NCBI GenBank assembly: GCA_013140495.1
Contig: JABFSR010000014.1
Location: 3,880-67,879 of the forward strand
Length of the DNA: 64,000 nucleotides
Direction of reading: 5' to 3'
Origin: Verrucomicrobiota bacterium
Lineage (GTDB): Bacteria; Verrucomicrobiota; Verrucomicrobiia; Limisphaerales; JADLHS01
The notes beneath the pieces are model-generated. The model was not told the DNA's origin. It ran no database searches and was given only the letters and a program-made list of their open reading frames with translations. Below are positions 42,055 to 50,045 of the stretch, in pieces. Position 1 is the stretch's first letter. The number at the start of each line of letters is the position of its first letter. Position numbers and translations under genes: made by a program.

Positions 42055-43362
42055 TCAATTGGATTTTCCACGCGCCATTCGGCGCAGTTCGACTTGCCGT
42101 TCCAGCAATTCCCGTGTGTGCGCGACTTCCGCAGCCAGCACGGATTCTTTCGGCAGCGCCGTGAGATACTCACGGACGAGCAATTTACTTCCCAAACCTT
42201 CCATCGCGTAGCGGGCGAGCGCATCATCCTTGTCGGTACAAAGAATCAGACCCACGGGTGGATGTTCGTCGGGCTGCATCCAATGTTCGCGGGCATAGTT
42301 GCAGTAAAGATTCATCTGGCCCACATCGGCGTGGACGAGTCCGCCCAGCTTGAGGTCAATAATGACCAGACAACGCAGCCGCCGGTGGAAAAACAGCAAG
42401 TCCACGCGAAACCATTCGTTGCCGATTCGCAACCGCTTCTGCCGTCCAACGAAGGCAAACTCGTTGCCGAGTTCGAGCAGGAAGGTTTCAAGATGGCGAA
42501 TGAGCGCTTCTTCCAAATCACTTTCGGAGTATTCGTCTTTCAGATTGAGAAATTCGAGCACCAGCGGATCACGAATCTCCTCGTCAGCGGAGACGGCATC
42601 ACCCGGCTTGGGCTTCTCACCTTTTATCAGCATCGCGGTCTTGTTTTTCGACAACGCCGTGCGTTCGTAAAACTGCGAGTTGATTTGGCGGTTAAGCTGC
42701 CGCACCACCCATCCGCCCGCCAACGCTTCGCGCGCATAAAATTCGCGCGCATGCGCGTTCCGAACGCGCAACAGACGCACGTAATGTGTCCATGGCAAAG
42801 GGAAAGCGCGGGCGATCTGGCCGAGACGATCTAGTGCGCGTGAAAACCTAACCGAGGAACGCTCGCTGAATTGGCCGATCACTGATCGGCCAATTGGTGC
42901 GAGAGCGGAATCCGGGTTTTCAGATTGGCCAATCACTGATCGGCCAATTCCTGATTTTTCATCCGATGATTCAAGAATCAATGGCTTCGCAGTGTGAGCA
43001 TCTGGGAAAGTCTGATAAAACTGGCGCATCATCTTGACCTGGGAAAAACCAAATCCGCGCCCAAATCGTTCGGTGAGGTCCAGAGCGAATCGCCGCACCA
43101 GTTCTTCTCCATATTCCGCCCGCTTCTCCCCCGCCTGCTCGTGTTCCACAATCCGCCGCCCAACTTCCCAATATGTCGCCGTCATCAGTGAGTTGACGAC
43201 TCGCGCTGACGCACGCCGCGCTGCGTTCAAAAGTTCGACCACACCGGACAGCACATTGTCGTAGTCGGCGGGCTTGTGCTGAATCGTTTTGCCCGTCTTT
43301 GCTTTGTGGCTCGGTTTGCTCATAAGAATTTTCGGCGCTCGCTGATTCTTATCGGATTGCAA
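42055..43362 (-). CDS. YhcG-family (DUF1016) PDDEXK nuclease domain protein
   Basis: N-terminal domain LLNAARRASARVVNSLMTATYWEVGRRIVEHEQAGEKRAEYGEELVRRFALDLTERFGRGFGFSQVKMMRQFYQTF. C-terminal nuclease core LLELGNEFAFVGRQKRLRIGNEWFRVDLLFFHRRLRCLVIIDLKLG (D...D/E-x-K). Confidence 0.75.
   Translation of the reverse strand: MQSDKNQRAPKILMSKPSHKAKTGKTIQHKPADYDNVLSGVVELLNAARRASARVVNSLMTATYWEVGRRIVEHEQAGEKRAEYGEELVRRFALDLTERFGRGFGFSQVKMMRQFYQTFPDAHTAKPLILESSDEKSGIGRSVIGQSENPDSALAPIGRSVIGQFSERSSVRFSRALDRLGQIARAFPLPWTHYVRLLRVRNAHAREFYAREALAGGWVVRQLNRQINSQFYERTALSKNKTAMLIKGEKPKPGDAVSADEEIRDPLVLEFLNLKDEYSESDLEEALIRHLETFLLELGNEFAFVGRQKRLRIGNEWFRVDLLFFHRRLRCLVIIDLKLGGLVHADVGQMNLYCNYAREHWMQPDEHPPVGLILCTDKDDALARYAMEGLGSKLLVREYLTALPKESVLAAEVAHTRELLERQVELRRMARGKSN
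42869..42948. repeat. Two copies of a 26-27-bp near-palindrome inside the YhcG linker
   Basis: aattggccgatcactgatcggccaatt (42869-42895) and attggccaatcactgatcggccaatt (42923-42948). Each encodes IGRSVIGQ on the coding strand. Confidence 0.7.
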
Positions 43363-43424
43363 CCCACATGGCGAGCCATTCGGCTGGTCGCCGGGACAGC
43401 GATGAAAACCACTGTGGATTGTAT

Positions 43425-43505
43425 GGCGGCGGTGGAAAGTTCAAGGATACTACGGGTCGTGGCTTCCGTTCCTCCTTGAGCTTTCCGCCGCCGCCGGGTT
43501 TTTGC
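43425..43505 (+). other. Long imperfect hairpin followed by GGGTTTTTG in a 520-bp non-coding gap (terminator-like or structured RNA)
   Basis: ggcggcggtggaaagttcaagga (43425-43447) pairs with tccttgagctttccgccgccgcc (43473-43495). That is about 23 bp with 1 mismatch and 1 G-U. gggtttttg follows at 43496-43504. Confidence 0.4.
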
Positions 43506-43883
43506 CTCTAGGTTTTCATCGCGGGAAATTGTCGCTTGGCGACGGGATGTTTGCCGACCTTCGCAGAGGGGTTGCAGCCGCCGCTGAAACTTGTTAAAAA
43601 TGACCTCTGCAAACAAATGTGCAGCAAACGATGACATAACGACAAATCCATGACTTTTGCGTCGCAACGGCCTAGTCCCACGAGAAAACTGCGAATTTTT
43701 AGAGGACGAGAGAGACGCCGAAGCACGCGCCCAATCGGGCGCAGCTTGGCGTGTTTCTCCCATAGGCGCTTCGCAGTGCCTCTCGTGGGGGCGCGTTGAC
43801 TTCGCGCCCCTTCTGTTAATTGCCAGCGGTGAACAACTCTGGATTGGCTTTTCAGATCGGCAAGTGTTGAATGGCGACGGAAA

Positions 43884-44765
43884 GTGCGGATCGTAGTAGA
43901 AACGGATGTGCGAGACGTGAGCGCCACCATCCAAAAAACATTTTTTCGAAACGGACAGATCCGCGAGCGAGTGCCCGTGCGGGACGGTCGCAGGCATGGG
44001 ATTGTCCGCGTCTGGCACAAGAACGGCAAACGCGCCTCGGAAGAACCCTTTCGCAACGGCCTCTTGCACGGTAATTGCCGTCAGTGGAATGAATCGGGTC
44101 GCTTGCTCGGCAAATACAAAATGGTTCACGGCACGGGCATCCAGCGCGAGTGGCACGACAACGGACAACTTCAACTCGAAGTCTCGACCGTGCGCGGTGA
44201 GTTCACCGGACGAAACCGTATGTGGTTGAGCGATGGGGCGCTTCTCTCGGAACGATTCTACCTTCGCGGCCAGATTGTCAGCGCGGACGCATATCGGGAG
44301 GCGACGGCGAAGGATGAATCGTTGCCGAAAGTTCGAGGCAAGTCGGCCAAGCTGCCGGCCAAGAATGGAACGATGGAAAAACACATTCTGAATGTCTTTG
44401 TGCGTTCGCTCCTGGAGAAACCAAATCGCAGCGAGGTGCGAAAATGGCTCGCGAAGAAAGCCAACGACAAAACTTCGCGTTCGTTGGGACGATTCCGGCC
44501 CGCGCGCAATGCTGTAAAATGTCAGACTGGAAAGTTTGTTGAGGCACTTTACGAAGCAGGCGCGGTCGAAGTGATTGTGCCTGACATCTACTGGAGCAAA
44601 GCACGCGACCAGTTCGCCGATTGCTTGCTCGTTCAACTTCCCAAGAGCGCGGCAAGACGAAAGGCCGTTCGCAAAGTCTGCGTGCAACTGCGAAAGCGGA
44701 AGCTCGGCGCGGTGCAACCAGACAAGGACATGGGCGAAAGTCATTTGTTTCTGTCCCTTGCCTGA
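43884..44765 (+). CDS. MORN-variant / YwqK-family repeat protein with an uncharacterised C-terminal domain
   Basis: Repeats FRNGQIRERVPVRDGRRHGIVRVWHKNGKRASEEPFRNGLLHGNCRQWNESGRLLGKYKMVHGTGIQREWHDNGQL. GTG start at 43884 (upstream frame opens at 43833; start uncertain). The larger opposite-strand ORF 43320..44798 has no domain-like sequence. Confidence 0.6.
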   Translation: MRIVVETDVRDVSATIQKTFFRNGQIRERVPVRDGRRHGIVRVWHKNGKRASEEPFRNGLLHGNCRQWNESGRLLGKYKMVHGTGIQREWHDNGQLQLEVSTVRGEFTGRNRMWLSDGALLSERFYLRGQIVSADAYREATAKDESLPKVRGKSAKLPAKNGTMEKHILNVFVRSLLEKPNRSEVRKWLAKKANDKTSRSLGRFRPARNAVKCQTGKFVEALYEAGAVEVIVPDIYWSKARDQFADCLLVQLPKSAARRKAVRKVCVQLRKRKLGAVQPDKDMGESHLFLSLA

Positions 44766-44766
44766 T

Positions 44767-45720
44767 TCAGAAGACGGCGAGGCGATCGCGCGTCTCATCC
44801 ACCGCGAGAGCGCCGCAAGCCACCCGCGCTTCCAGCAGACACTCGCTCACCGCGTCACCGACCAGTCTTTCAACGGCATCGCGCATCGGGCGCGCGCCGA
44901 GCTTCGGATGAAATCCCTTTCGCACGAGAAACGGCAGCGCCGTCTTGTCCAGTTCGAGCTTGTGGCCGCGCGCGGCGAGAAACTCGATCTCGCGGGACAG
45001 AAACTTCTCCGCAATCTCCAACTGGTGTTCGTAGCTCAACCGATGGAACACGAGCTTTTCGTTGACGCGCGCGAAGATTTCCGGGCGCAAGGTCTGTTGC
45101 GCCCGCGTGAGGACATGGCGTTCCAGCGTGGCATCGTTCGAGTGCTGGAGGCTCATCAATTCGGCAGAGCCGATGTTTGACGTGAGCCAGATGTAGAAGC
45201 CGCTGAAGTCCAGCGTTTGTCCCGTCGCCACGGTGATCCGCGCCGCGTCCAGCAGTTGCAGCAGAATGTCCAGTACGCGCGGGTGTGCTTTTTCTGCTTC
45301 GTCAAAAAGCAGCGACCCTTGTGACGCACGTTCACGCACGCCGCCCAAGTAGCCGACTTCTCCGAGCCGCGCACCGAGCAACAAGCCAAGCGCCTCTTGA
45401 TTCTGGAATTCTGACATGTCGAAGCGAAACAGTTGTCCCGCACCGAAAATCTGTGTCGTCAGCACCACGACCGTTTCTGTTTTTCCGACGCCGGTTGGTC
45501 CGAGCAGCAGAAAACTCCCGCGCGGACGACCGGGCTTCGTTAGGCCGAGTTCGCCACGTTTTACCGAGGAGATGATTCGCGGCAGCGCGTGGGACTGGCC
45601 GCGGATTTCGCGCGGCAGCAGGGAGGTCAGTTCGTGGAGTTTGGTGAGCTTCGCCGGGTCTGTTGTTTTGTTCATTCCTGATTTGTAGCCCGGACTGAGC
45701 GTGAATGTTGTGTAGGACAT
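44767..45720 (-). CDS. Stand-alone AAA+ ATPase resembling the ClpA/ClpB D2 module
   Basis: Walker A LLGPTGVGKT. Walker B/sensor block LLFDEAEKAHPRVLDILLQLLDAARITVATGQTLDFSGFYIWLTSNIG. D2-small domain GFHPKLGARPMRDAVERLV. No N-domain, D1 or middle domain. A likelier start is MNKTTDP at 45675. Confidence 0.8.
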   Translation of the reverse strand: MSYTTFTLSPGYKSGMNKTTDPAKLTKLHELTSLLPREIRGQSHALPRIISSVKRGELGLTKPGRPRGSFLLLGPTGVGKTETVVVLTTQIFGAGQLFRFDMSEFQNQEALGLLLGARLGEVGYLGGVRERASQGSLLFDEAEKAHPRVLDILLQLLDAARITVATGQTLDFSGFYIWLTSNIGSAELMSLQHSNDATLERHVLTRAQQTLRPEIFARVNEKLVFHRLSYEHQLEIAEKFLSREIEFLAARGHKLELDKTALPFLVRKGFHPKLGARPMRDAVERLVGDAVSECLLEARVACGALAVDETRDRLAVF

Positions 45721-45804
45721 ACACCACCACTTTGCGCGCTTGTGGGATTGTCATCGCGTGTTCGGCGGAAAAGCCGCTGACGAAAGAAAGAAAAACAAAC
45801 GCGT

Positions 45805-46158
45805 ATGAAGTTCATCAAGCACATCAAACCCAAAGTTCGTTCGCGGCTGCCTTCGCTCCTCGTGGCCGCTGCTTTCCTCACCCTCAACGTTATGCCGGCC
45901 TTCGCGCAGGCATTCAACTCCACCGAGCTCAAGACCGGCATCAGCAACAGCCTCGCCGTAATCATGATGTTCGGGTTCGTGCTCGGCATTTCTTGTGTCA
46001 TCTACGGCGGTTTCGCCATCCGGCGCGGCGACGTGGACCAGGGCAAGATGTCCATCATCGGCGGCGCGATTATAGCCGCTGCTCCGGCGGTCATCTTTGC
46101 GTTTTACAAAATCTTTGGCCTCGACGCGAACAGCAGCGTCGGCGTCGGCAATTTCTGA
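45805..46158 (+). CDS. T4SS pilin-like protein (TrbC/VirB2 type)
   Basis: 117 aa. Signal peptide ...LVAAAFLTLNVMPAFAQA, then two hydrophobic helices (NSLAVIMMFGFVLGISCVIYGGFAI; IIGGAIIAAAPAVIFAFYKIF). First gene of the operon. Confidence 0.6.
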   Translation: MKFIKHIKPKVRSRLPSLLVAAAFLTLNVMPAFAQAFNSTELKTGISNSLAVIMMFGFVLGISCVIYGGFAIRRGDVDQGKMSIIGGAIIAAAPAVIFAFYKIFGLDANSSVGVGNF

Positions 46159-46197
46159 TCTCGCCACACAACCCGCCACCAGCCGCCCTGAGCCGCC

Positions 46198-46545
46198 ATG
46201 AAAACAGACCTCCGCCTCACCGACACCAACGCCGCCTCCGACTCCAAAGGCCGGACGTGGGGATTGGAGGGAGGTTTGTTCTGGTGGCTCGTGGGCGGCA
46301 TCGGCGCGGGCATCACGGTGTTCTTCGTGCTCCTCGTCATGTTGAAGTCCTCTTTCCTGACTTCCTGCATTGTCGCCCTGCTGCCCGTGGCCCTCTGTCT
46401 CGCCTACATCTTCGGCCTGCGGCAGGGGAAGCCGCCTGGATACGACTGCGATTGTTTCGAGCATTGGATTTCCGGCAGCGGGTTCGCTCCAGAAGTCCAG
46501 AACACGCGAACTTTCCGTCACCCGCTCTCGGAGGAAATGCCATGA
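46198..46545 (+). CDS. VirB3/TrbD-like small membrane protein
   Basis: 115 aa with two TMs (LFWWLVGGIGAGITVFFVLLVML; LTSCIVALLPVALCLAYIFGL). Position between the pilin and VirB4. Confidence 0.5.
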   Translation: MKTDLRLTDTNAASDSKGRTWGLEGGLFWWLVGGIGAGITVFFVLLVMLKSSFLTSCIVALLPVALCLAYIFGLRQGKPPGYDCDCFEHWISGSGFAPEVQNTRTFRHPLSEEMP

Positions 46546-46844
46546 CTGCTGGCGAATCCAATGCCGTTGACTTGAACCGTCACGCGCTCCGTGCCCGGCT
46601 GCAAACCGCCGACACCGCCTTGTGCACCGGCCTGAATCAACCGTGTGGTGAACCGATTGTTCGCGCGCACATCGAACGCGCGCTGGCGCACATCCGCGAG
46701 GCCGAGACTGCGCTACAGAACCTTGCCCGCGCCCGCACCGTTGAGGAACTCGCCGACCAACTTGCCCACGTTGACGAGATGCGCGAGGAACTCCGCTCGC
46801 AAGAGGTTGCCATCACCAACGCCCTTTCATCCATTCGCATCTGA
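46542..46844 (+). CDS. Hypothetical 100-aa helical protein inserted between the VirB3-like and VirB4-like genes
   Basis: The 3' part of track ORF 45705..46844. ATG 46542 overlaps the upstream TGA (ATGA). MTAGESNAVDLNRHALRARLQTADTALC...ELADQLAHVDEMREELRSQEVAITNALSSIRI. No TM. Ends 3 nt before the VirB4 ATG. Confidence 0.5.
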   Translation: MTAGESNAVDLNRHALRARLQTADTALCTGLNQPCGEPIVRAHIERALAHIREAETALQNLARARTVEELADQLAHVDEMREELRSQEVAITNALSSIRI

Positions 46845-46847
46845 CCT

Positions 46848-49589
46848 ATGCTTGAGCGCGCTCCCAACGGTTTTTTTGTTCGCGGCATGATGGTGTTCAA
46901 CCATCTCCGGCGCGGCGGTTACGTGTCCAAGGGTTTCATTTTTGAAGCGCCCGACCTCACGAACAGCCCCGCCGCCGACCTGAATGACTTCCAAGACCAA
47001 CTCTGTCTCCTGCTCGCCTCGCTCCACGAGCATCAGCGCCTGCAAGTGCAATACTTCTGCGATTCCGATTACAAGGGGGAGTTGCTGCGCTATCAGCAGG
47101 AGACAGAAAAGTTTCCCAACGTCTGGACAAAACGCGCCCGCAACGAGCGGTTCTCGCGCTACTGGCAGGCGATGTCGGAACGCAAACTCCGCCGTCAGCG
47201 CGTGATCTTCTACATTTCGCGTTCGTTGGAGAACTTTCCCAAAGCGTTCCAGACCGCCGCCGCCCGGCGCGAATACTACAACACACTGCTCGACCAACTC
47301 GAAACCGAGTTCGAGCATATTCATCGGTTGTTGTTGGAGATTTTCGGTTCGGGCGGGGCGCGTATTCTGCCGATGTCCGACCTCGACCACTTCCGGCACT
47401 ACAAGCGGTTTCTCAACCCGTCACTCAACGACCGCTTTGATTTCGACCCGGCAGACGGCTTCGCGCCTGAACTTTCGATCCAAGAGAATTGCTGGCACAG
47501 CGAGGGCAACGGGCAGAGCGATTCGGGGTTCTTTCTCGACGGGCACTACCACTCGCTGATTGTGCTCACCCGCTGGCCGCGCACGACCTATCCAGGAATT
47601 ATTCAGCGGCTCACCAACTTGCGCCTGCTGGACTACACCATCACGGTGAATGTTGATCCGCTGCCAATTTCGCAAGAGATCAGCAAGGAGGAGAAGGAAC
47701 ACGACCGCGTGGCCGGCGACTACGCCAGCGAAAAGAAAATATCCCTGCTCACCGTGATGGAGAAGAAGCAGAAGAAAATCCACGCGCTGATGCAGGGCCA
47801 GACCATCCCGTTTCACGCGATGCTCACCATCCGTGTTTGGGACAAGACCCGCGACGGCCTCAACGCGAAGTCTGGCGCAATCAAGAACGCCATCAACTCG
47901 ATGAATGCGGCGCAGTATTTCGAGAGCAACCTGCCCAGCACGTCAAAGAACATTTTCTATCAGACCTGGCCGGGCTGGACGTGGGGACGCTACGAACATC
48001 GGAAACTCTATTCGGAGCATCGTTTCCTCGCAGACATGCTGCCGGTCACAAGCACTTTCACCGGACATCTTGCCGGTGCAGAAGCAATTTACGACGGCCC
48101 GCAAAACAACCTTGTGGGCATCGAGACATTCTCCGGATCGGTGGACAACAAATCGCCGCAGCACGCCGTGTTGCTCGGCATGTCCGGCGCGGGAAAATCT
48201 GTGACCGTCTGCGACCTCCTCACACAGACCGAAGGATATTTCGGTTACACCGTCATCATCGAGGAAGGTTTGAGCTACGGGATTTACACCGCAACCGTCG
48301 AGGAAGGCGCGCGGCCAATCATCATCCACCCGGATGGCGACCTGACCATCAATTACCTCGACACAAAGGGACTGCCGCTGACGCCCGACCATCTCTCCGC
48401 CGCGACCGCGCTGGTCGCGCGGATGATTGGAACTTCGTCGCAGGAGGACAAGCAGATGCTCCGGCAGGCGCAAATCGCCAAATACCTGAACCTGCTTTAC
48501 GAGGATGCGTTCCAAGATTGGCAGAAAAAACGCCACGACCAGTTACTCGACATCGCTCGGCACGCACTCGCGCTCCAGCAATTCCGCGCCGAACGGATGC
48601 CGCCGGGCGCGACCACACTCGAAACCTTTGCGGACTTCCGCGACTGGAAGGCGAGCCACCCCGACGAGGCGGAGAGCTATCAGCGCCAGTTCGACGAAGC
48701 CGCCACGCTGAAGTTTCTCAAAGAACCAAAGACCAGCAAGGAGGTCCGCAACCTCGCCTTTGCTCACTTCACGCCGGACGAGTTCCCGACGCATCGGATG
48801 TTGCAGGAGTTGATGATGCTTGATCCGATGGGCGGGGAGCGTGACCAAATCATGGAGATCGCGACACTCATCCTGCCGTGGTGTCGCGATGGAAACCACG
48901 GTTGCCTGTTCGACGGCACGAGCAACCTCTCGCTCACCGGCAAAATTGCCCACTTCGAGTTGGGCTACATCCCGGAGTCAGCCAAAGAGTTGAAAGCAGC
49001 GGCAGGCTTTCTCATCACCAACCACGCGCGCAAGCACATCATGACGTTGCCGCGCGCGATTCGGAAGCGGAACGTGTATGAGGAAGTCGCGCGTTTCCTC
49101 GACATCCCAGGCGGACAGGAAATTGTTCAGGAAAGCTACGCCCAACTTCGGAAGTTTAATTGCTGGAACATCTCAATCGTTCAGCAATACGCGCGCTTCA
49201 AACAGTCGCGCATTCGCTCGGCCGTGTTTGGCAACTCACGCCAGTTTTTCATCATGCGGCAGAACGACCGCGCCGACCTCGACGACATGGGCAAAGACAT
49301 CGCGCTGCCCGAAGTGACGCAGCACGCGATCATGAACTACCCATTGCCCGACCATCAAACTGGCCAGAAGTATTCACCGTTCACCTACCTGCACACCGAC
49401 GCCACGCGGAATATGTGCGGCACGGTCCACAACGTCTCATCGCCGGAGATGCTTTATTGCTCCAGTTCGAGCGGGGAACATTTTGACCGCCGCGCTCGCG
49501 AGCTTCGCCAGAGCAAGAGCATCGTCGAGGGCATCATTCACCACGCCAATCGCCGGGAGGACGAACAACACGAATTCACCAAGAAATAA
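46848..49589 (+). CDS. virB4: VirB4/TrbE-family T4SS ATPase
   Basis: 913 aa. Walker A VLLGMSGAGKSVTV. Walker-B-like RNVYEEVARFLD. The overall size and N-terminal region are typical of CagE/TrbE/VirB4. Confidence 0.85.
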   Translation: MLERAPNGFFVRGMMVFNHLRRGGYVSKGFIFEAPDLTNSPAADLNDFQDQLCLLLASLHEHQRLQVQYFCDSDYKGELLRYQQETEKFPNVWTKRARNERFSRYWQAMSERKLRRQRVIFYISRSLENFPKAFQTAAARREYYNTLLDQLETEFEHIHRLLLEIFGSGGARILPMSDLDHFRHYKRFLNPSLNDRFDFDPADGFAPELSIQENCWHSEGNGQSDSGFFLDGHYHSLIVLTRWPRTTYPGIIQRLTNLRLLDYTITVNVDPLPISQEISKEEKEHDRVAGDYASEKKISLLTVMEKKQKKIHALMQGQTIPFHAMLTIRVWDKTRDGLNAKSGAIKNAINSMNAAQYFESNLPSTSKNIFYQTWPGWTWGRYEHRKLYSEHRFLADMLPVTSTFTGHLAGAEAIYDGPQNNLVGIETFSGSVDNKSPQHAVLLGMSGAGKSVTVCDLLTQTEGYFGYTVIIEEGLSYGIYTATVEEGARPIIIHPDGDLTINYLDTKGLPLTPDHLSAATALVARMIGTSSQEDKQMLRQAQIAKYLNLLYEDAFQDWQKKRHDQLLDIARHALALQQFRAERMPPGATTLETFADFRDWKASHPDEAESYQRQFDEAATLKFLKEPKTSKEVRNLAFAHFTPDEFPTHRMLQELMMLDPMGGERDQIMEIATLILPWCRDGNHGCLFDGTSNLSLTGKIAHFELGYIPESAKELKAAAGFLITNHARKHIMTLPRAIRKRNVYEEVARFLDIPGGQEIVQESYAQLRKFNCWNISIVQQYARFKQSRIRSAVFGNSRQFFIMRQNDRADLDDMGKDIALPEVTQHAIMNYPLPDHQTGQKYSPFTYLHTDATRNMCGTVHNVSSPEMLYCSSSSGEHFDRRARELRQSKSIVEGIIHHANRREDEQHEFTKK

Positions 49590-49594
49590 CAGTT

Positions 49595-50020
49595 ATGAAA
49601 AACACCATCGCCTCACTCACATTCAAAACGCTCTTTTGCGTTCTCGTCGTCGGCTTGTTTGCGGGTTGCGCCGCGACGCGCCCAATCGCCGACACCGCGC
49701 TCGGCGCGGGCGGCGCGTATCTCGGCCACGAACTTTCCGGCGGCGATCCGCTCGCCACCGCCGCTGGCGCGGCGGGTGGAGTTATCCTAAGTGAGGGACT
49801 CCACTTCGCCGCGAAGAAGCAATCCGAGAAGGCTTACGCCGCCGGTTACGACAAGGGAAAGAGCGACGGCGTGAAGCAGCAGTATTGGCTCTACGTGTCC
49901 ATGCAGAAGCAACGCAACCAGGTCGCCAACGTTCGTCTTTACCCCGTGAAATTGCCCGAACAGCGAATTGACGGGGTAACGTTCAAACCATCAACAAAAT
50001 TCCTCCGCATTGAGGAATAG
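49595..50020 (+). CDS. Lipoprotein with a glycine-zipper segment (TrbK/VirB7-position protein)
   Basis: Lipobox VVGLFAGC. Glycine zipper GAGGAYLGHELSGGDPLATAAGAAGGVIL. Confidence 0.55.
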   Translation: MKNTIASLTFKTLFCVLVVGLFAGCAATRPIADTALGAGGAYLGHELSGGDPLATAAGAAGGVILSEGLHFAAKKQSEKAYAAGYDKGKSDGVKQQYWLYVSMQKQRNQVANVRLYPVKLPEQRIDGVTFKPSTKFLRIEE

Positions 50021-50045
50021 CAGCCACGAAGAAAGGAAACACACC

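Noticed and set aside
43320-44798. 492-aa minus-strand ORF, the longest ORF in this interval
   Set aside because: It has no domain-like sequence and runs through the 520-bp structured non-coding gap. It is antisense to the + strand gene with clear MORN/YwqK repeats.
45705-46541. 5' 279 codons of + ORF 45705..46844, and the minus-strand ORF 45751..46521
   Set aside because: Both overlap the pilin-like and VirB3-like genes, whose signal and TM architecture is convincing, and their translations are Arg/His/Pro-rich. Only the last 100 codons, starting at ATG 46542 with an ATGA overlap, were kept.
47837-48823. 328-aa + strand ORF in an alternative frame of VirB4
   Set aside because: It is off-frame within the Walker-A-containing VirB4 gene and has extreme Arg/Pro/Gly content.
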